This document shows positions 7,603 through 11,201 of a DNA stretch of 11,201 bases, one piece after another. How positions within the stretch are numbered: position 1 is the first letter of the stretch; each line of letters begins with the position of its first letter. Below the pieces are notes generated by a model, which saw only the letters and a list, made by a program, of their open reading frames with translations, had not been told where the DNA came from and ran no database searches. The stretch lies in IMG/VR virus record IMGVR_UViG_2654587569_000008. One strand, 5' to 3'. The position numbers and the translations under genes were made by a program. Source of the DNA: a virus (taxonomy: Duplodnaviria; Heunggongvirae; Uroviricota; Caudoviricetes).

Positions 7603-7944
7603 ATGGCTACTCATTACACTGAACTCATGGCTGGCACTGAAGCACTGGTTACTACGTTGGGGATATTTTCAGCTAATAAAGGGGTAATTCCTGCATTTAC
7701 GCCACTGATGCAAGAAGATGCAACTGGTGCACTGGTGGTATGGGATGGAACGAGCGCAGGCAAAGCTGTTTATGTTTCCGCTGTACAAATCGATACAGCG
7801 ACAAAAACGCAGGCTCAGGTTTATAAAACCGGCGTCTTAAATGTTGATGCTCTGAACTGGCCTGAGTCTGTAACACAACTATCAGCAAAAGTTGCTGCGT
7901 TTGTTGGCTCAGGTATTTCTGTTCAGCCGCTGGCACGTGTGTGA
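7603..7944 (+). CDS. Head decoration protein, phage lambda gpD family
   Basis: 113 aa (gpD is 110). TPLMQEDATGALVVWDGTSAGKAV against gpD [24 protein letters not shown], and VYKTGVLNVDALNWPES against FYKSGTFRYEDVLWPEA. AAGGGGGAG RBS. Gene order is E then D, the reverse of lambda. Confidence 0.8.
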   Translation: MATHYTELMAGTEALVTTLGIFSANKGVIPAFTPLMQEDATGALVVWDGTSAGKAVYVSAVQIDTATKTQAQVYKTGVLNVDALNWPESVTQLSAKVAAFVGSGISVQPLARV

Positions 7945-7953
7945 GGTACGAGA

Positions 7954-8298
7954 ATGATTGAAAGAGATAGTCAGCTACGAGAGCTATTAGATATCGATGA
8001 CAAAATGAGTTTAAGCGAGCGCCTTGTTGATATGGATCAGGTAGTGGAGCTTACAACCCTTAGCCGTCGCACATTGCTAAACCTTGAGGCTCGCGGAGAG
8101 TTCCCCGAACGCGTACAGGTTACGAAAGGGCGCAAGGCATGGTATTTAAGCGAGGTTGTTGCGTGGATTAACAACATTCCGCGCGCATCAAATTATTGCC
8201 TTGTTCCCACCCCCGAAAAACCTGATGCGGCGTTATGCCTCAAGATTGAACGCGCCAGGCGTAATGCCCTGAAAGGACGCAATAAGTTGATTGGTTGA
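7954..8298 (+). CDS. Second AlpA-family HTH protein inside the late module
   Basis: 114 aa. VVELTTLSRRTLLNLEARGEFPERVQVTKGRKAWYLSEVVAWINN fits the AlpA/excisionase-type HTH. GAGG RBS. Confidence 0.7.
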   Translation: MIERDSQLRELLDIDDKMSLSERLVDMDQVVELTTLSRRTLLNLEARGEFPERVQVTKGRKAWYLSEVVAWINNIPRASNYCLVPTPEKPDAALCLKIERARRNALKGRNKLIG

Positions 8299-8319
8299 TG
8301 AAATTAGGGCCCGTTCTGG

Positions 8320-8400
8320 CTGGCGGGTCCTTTCCGGCGATCCGGCAGGCTACGGGGCGGCGACCTTGCGTATTTTCGCTATTTATGAGCCTTTTCGGGT
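8320..8400. other. Lambda-like cos site (cosQ, cosN, I2-like segment)
   Basis: GGGTCCTTTCCGGCGATCCGGCAGGCTACGGGGCGGCGACCTTGCGTATTTTCGCTATTTATGAGCCTTTTCGGG is nearly identical to the lambda/cosmid cos sequence as recalled. The 12-nt cohesive-end sequence GGGCGGCGACCT is at 8355-8366. Confidence 0.8.
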
Positions 8401-8499
8401 TGGTGGTGGTGGTTTTGTTTTTCGCTCTATCTCTATGAATAAAAAGGGAAAGATAACACCAACACACCAACCTGAAACCTTAACTAAGTGGGGATATTG

Positions 8500-9042
8500 A
8501 TGAAATCGCACCTGATGAACAAAAAAACTATGGCGCAAAGCTGCCGCGTAAGTGCGACAGCGTTCGACAAGTGGGGAGTAACTCCCGTTGAGCGTAAAGG
8601 CCGTGAGGCGTTTTATGATGTTGCTAGCGTGATAGACAATAGGGTTAACAATGCAATTAACCAGCTTACAAACGACAAAGGCGAGATTGATGATGATGAA
8701 CTTTTACGCGTAAGAATCAGATTAATGACGGCCCAGGCGGAAGCGCAGGAACTTAAAAACGAGCGCGAACGCGGCGAGGTGATTGATACAAAGTTTTGCA
8801 TCTACGCGATTTCAAAACTAGCGAGTCAGATTTCATCAATCATGGACAGCCTCCCGCTCACAATGCAAAGGCGCTTTCCCGATATAAGGCCGTATATGCT
8901 GGATGAACTAAAAAGGGAAATAGCCAAAGCATGTAACGCATGTGCAAGACTTGACGAAAACCTGCCACAGATACTGGCTGATTACCTGATGGAAACTACC
9001 GGAAACGCGCCTGAGAAGTTGCTACAGAACAAAGGCGAGTAA
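8500..9042 (+). CDS. Terminase small subunit, lambda Nu1 family
   Basis: About 180 aa from the ATG at 8500 (ORF listed from the GTG at 8488). C-terminal two-thirds align by eye with Nu1 (RLMTAQAEAQELKNERERGEVIDTKFCIYAISKLASQISSIMDSLPLTMQRRFPDI against Nu1 RLTRAQADAQELKNARDSAEVVETAFCTFVLSRIAGEIASILDGLPLSVQRRFPEL). N-terminal DNA-binding region is related but more diverged. About 135 bp downstream of cosN, as in lambda. Confidence 0.85.
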   Translation: MKSHLMNKKTMAQSCRVSATAFDKWGVTPVERKGREAFYDVASVIDNRVNNAINQLTNDKGEIDDDELLRVRIRLMTAQAEAQELKNERERGEVIDTKFCIYAISKLASQISSIMDSLPLTMQRRFPDIRPYMLDELKREIAKACNACARLDENLPQILADYLMETTGNAPEKLLQNKGE

Positions 9043-9115
9043 CCGCCGCCCCGTAACGGGCCATAATTCCAGGAAGGACCCGACGACACCAGGCTATCAG
9101 AACGATGAGGGCACA

Positions 9116-9397
9116 ATGACTGAAGCCGAACTACTGGGATTAATCCGCCGCGTCGTCGGAATCAGCCAGCAGCATGACGAACAGGCCACACAGCCGGACA
9201 GCGTGACCGCTGAAAATTATGTGCGTGTTGTTGCTGAGGTGATGCGCCGTGATGGTATTGAGCTTAACGGCGTGGATATGCGCAACATACGAACAAGAGT
9301 CCTTGAGTTGCTGGCATACCGTCGCCGTTCTCAACAACGGAGGGAGAGCGCGAAAAATACTTACCAGTGGAAGAAGCCGGAACGGTTGCGGCGGTAG
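9116..9397 (+). CDS. Hypothetical protein (93 aa)
   Basis: GAGGG 5 nt upstream of the ATG. Last gene of the late module; no recognisable family. Confidence 0.45.
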   Translation: MTEAELLGLIRRVVGISQQHDEQATQPDSVTAENYVRVVAEVMRRDGIELNGVDMRNIRTRVLELLAYRRRSQQRRESAKNTYQWKKPERLRR

Positions 9398-9534
9398 ATT
9401 CCTGATATTCAGGAAAACCACGAATCTGTGGGGTTTACTGGCGCGGTTACGGCGGTGACACGCACCGAGGCAGAACGATTACCGTAAGTTAAAGTGACGG
9501 TATTCACACCAAAGGCAGAAATCAGCGGTTAACG

Positions 9535-9705
9535 TAACTGACTGATATTTTCGGGAACAGCCAACGGCTGAGGCCGGAACAACCGACTATCTTTCAGATA
9601 GTCACAAACTACGAAATTTTCGCAGTTTAATTACTCGCCAGCTTAATCGCTAACCCACTGATATTTTCGGAAACCTCGATTTGAGGAGACCGGAACGTCT
9701 ACATA
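9535..9705. repeat. Two imperfect ~50-bp direct repeats with a structure-preserving variable hairpin
   Basis: Copy 1 at 9535-9590 and copy 2 at 9651-9705 share ACTGATATTTTCGG(G/A)AAC and AG(G/A)CCGGAAC. The segment between them differs in sequence but forms a hairpin in both (CAGCC-AAC-GGCTG against CCTC-GATTT-GAGG). Confidence 0.4.
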
Positions 9706-10115
9706 GCTGCATCACCGTAATGATGATTTGGCCCACCAGCAACCATAACGATTTCCGTTACAGTTGATGTGCTTTTTTGCTGGTAAGGAGTAACCTGTTG
9801 ATTGTTCCAGAATCCCCCATTGGGGAAAACTGGAAAACTCACCCTCCAGATTCTGAATGGTGAAAATGACCATTCAGCTTCATGTGTCCATTTTCCCGAA
9901 ACAGGAAAACCCGTTTTCGGGAGAAGGTGCGATTATGTTCGTCATACCTGTTCCGTTGAAACGGAATACCCCATTCCGGCGTAGCTGATGGACGCACAGC
10001 CACATACAACTAACTTTGCGCGTCAGTATTGCTGACCCGCAAACAACAACCAGGCAACAGAACGTTACCCGATTCAGCCGTTCGGTGGCATCACTGGACC
10101 CACTTTCCTGATGCG

Positions 10116-10271
10116 TTTGCGGGTTATTTGGGGGGTGTTTGCGGGTTATTTTGAATGTCTTGCGGGTTACGTTTTGGCTAACATTTAAACACACCATTTT
10201 CCAACACATTGATATTAAAGAATAAAAAATACTTAGCACGCGAAGATAACCCGCTAACCCGCATAACCCGC
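10116..10271. repeat. TGCGGGTTA repeat array: three direct and three inverted copies flanking an AT-rich core
   Basis: Direct copies at about 10116, 10138 and 10158 (roughly 21-22 bp apart). Contiguous inverted copies GATAACCCGC / TAACCCGC / ATAACCCGC at 10245-10271. About 75 bp of AT-rich DNA between the clusters. Confidence 0.5.
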
Positions 10272-10383
10272 ACTGTTTTGTATATATATACGAAAAATTG
10301 CATTCAGGAGGGGGGATCGGAATCCCTACACCCCATTGCTTATGGAACCGCCCGCCCCGTCAAATTTTTACATCCGCGAAATT

Positions 10384-10412
10384 AAAAAAATGCGTCACGC
10401 AGGTGGGCGTGA
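10384..10412 (-). terminator. Rho-independent terminator (minus strand)
   Basis: Stem TCACGC-(AGGTGG)-GCGTGA; on the minus strand it is followed by the complement of AAAAAAA (10384-10390). A perfect 8-bp palindrome CGATACCG-GGATCT-CGGTATCG sits next to it at 10415-10436. Confidence 0.45.
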
Positions 10413-10627
10413 TGTCGATACCGGGATCTCGGTATCGGTTTATCCGTGATCATCCACCAGCTTGATAACGGATAACAGGGAGTCATAACAGTTAAAATTG
10501 TATACTTTTGCAGCAAACATTTTTAGCTACACGTTAAGCTATACGATTTTTGACTTACAAATTTCAACCTTAATTAAATCAAGTAGTTATTGGTGTGTTT
10601 TGAATACTCTCGTGAAAATCCCAAGAA

Positions 10628-10656
10628 AACCAACCTATTGCGGTTGGTTTTTTTAT
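10628..10656. terminator. Bidirectional intrinsic terminator
   Basis: Perfect 8-bp stem AACCAACC-(TATTGC)-GGTTGGTT with TTTTTTT on the plus side and an A-run (T-run on minus) on the other. Lies about 60 nt beyond the stop of the minus-strand gene at 10716. Confidence 0.6.
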
Positions 10657-10715
10657 ATCTGCATTTAATTCGATAAACAGACCGCGACACATCACGGCCT
10701 GTTTATTTTCTGTTA

Positions 10716-11201
10716 TCAGAACGTCCAGACTACACCCGCCTGAGTTGTGCTGCTTTCTTCACAGGAGAAACGACTATCGATACCGAGCGTCAGGCCCGTC
10801 AATGTTTGCTCAAAGCCAGCTCCCGCATCAGTGTTCACGCTGTTGCGGCTGTTAATTGCCGAACTCCACATCGCCGTATCGTAATTAACGCCTTTTACGC
10901 TACCAAGACGCCCACGCACGGTGTCCAGTTCTGCATCAAATACCAGCGGTTGTGCTGCCGCCATATTCAGCACATCCGTGGTTGAAGGGGGCATTTGTAC
11001 GCGATTCTCTGCGAGACTCCAGCTATGGTTGCCATTATCCAGCAAGGTATATTCATACGTACTGATATCAACAACGCTTCCGGCATTGCCCAACGTAAAT
11101 GCCGCATCACCGCGCCCTCCTTTAATCGTGGGATCATTCGCCGCGCCATAAACCTGTAGCACTCCATTATTGATCGTAGTCTGATTTACCGCGCCACCCA
11201 T
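10716..11201 (-). CDS. 3' part of a gene running off the window: autotransporter-like passenger/junction fragment, apparently without the beta-barrel
   Basis: N-terminus lies beyond 11201. Passenger-like repeats (TINNGVLQVYGAAN...), a junction-like motif (TVRGRLGSV...AMWSS...GAGFEQTLTGLTLGIDSRF), then a stop after ...GVVWTF, only about 20 residues into what would be a ~250-aa barrel. Family assignment is pattern-based and tentative. Confidence 0.45.
   Translation of the reverse strand: MGGAVNQTTINNGVLQVYGAANDPTIKGGRGDAAFTLGNAGSVVDISTYEYTLLDNGNHSWSLAENRVQMPPSTTDVLNMAAAQPLVFDAELDTVRGRLGSVKGVNYDTAMWSSAINSRNSVNTDAGAGFEQTLTGLTLGIDSRFSCEESSTTQAGVVWTF

Noticed and set aside
7011-7936. Minus-strand ORFs 7011..7289 and 7697..7936, and plus-strand 7475..7687
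   Set aside because: They overlap the capsid and decoration genes, which have strong homology support, in other frames.
8291-8500. 69-aa ORF on the plus strand
   Set aside because: It lies across the cos site and the downstream repeat region, which are explained as DNA elements, and has no convincing RBS.
6553-9042. Reading the capsid/decoration/terminase cluster as a fragment of an ordinary lambdoid prophage
   Set aside because: Gene order is reversed relative to lambda (E, D, then cos and Nu1). No large terminase follows the small one. The cluster is embedded between a P4-type int/repA/ssb backbone and a non-coding segment.
9535-9705. CRISPR array or type III toxin-antitoxin RNA repeats
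   Set aside because: Only two copies, about 116 bp apart, not tandem; no regular repeat-spacer periodicity and no adjacent cas or toxin gene.
9140-10239. ORFs 9140..9421(-), 9249..9458(+), 9802..9984(+), 9880..10239(-)
   Set aside because: No RBS and low-complexity translations; they sit in the hairpin- and repeat-dense segment that is better explained as structured or regulatory DNA.
10296-10350. tRNA or tmRNA 3'-end fragment marking attR (GGGGGATCGGAATCCCTACACCCCA)
   Set aside because: The candidate T-arm does not pair properly (GGGA/TCCC with a 6-nt loop) and there is no acceptor-stem/CCA context. The right boundary cannot be placed from this window alone.

Overview
Almost the whole window (1 to about 9400) is a compact integrative element that reads like a phage satellite (PICI / P4-like in logic) parasitising a lambda-type cos phage. 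Left to right: a P4/CP4-57-type tyrosine integrase starting at base 1, an AlpA-family HTH protein, a convergent two-gene minus-strand unit, a divergent promoter with palindromic direct-repeat operators, an early operon of small translationally coupled ORFs ending in a RepA-like RecA-fold ATPase/helicase, a GTGGG iteron array (putative ori), an SSB with the canonical C-terminal tip, and a late module holding only a lambda gpE-like major capsid protein, a gpD-like decoration protein, a second AlpA-like protein, a lambda-like cos site and a Nu1-like small terminase. There is no portal, large terminase, protease/scaffold, tail or lysis gene. The last ~1.3 kb (9400-10700) has no convincing ORF but is dense in hairpins and repeat arrays; the window ends inside a minus-strand gene whose 3' end resembles an autotransporter junction truncated before the beta-barrel. 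All homology calls are made by eye against remembered lambda and E. coli protein sequences; no search or computed identity was available.
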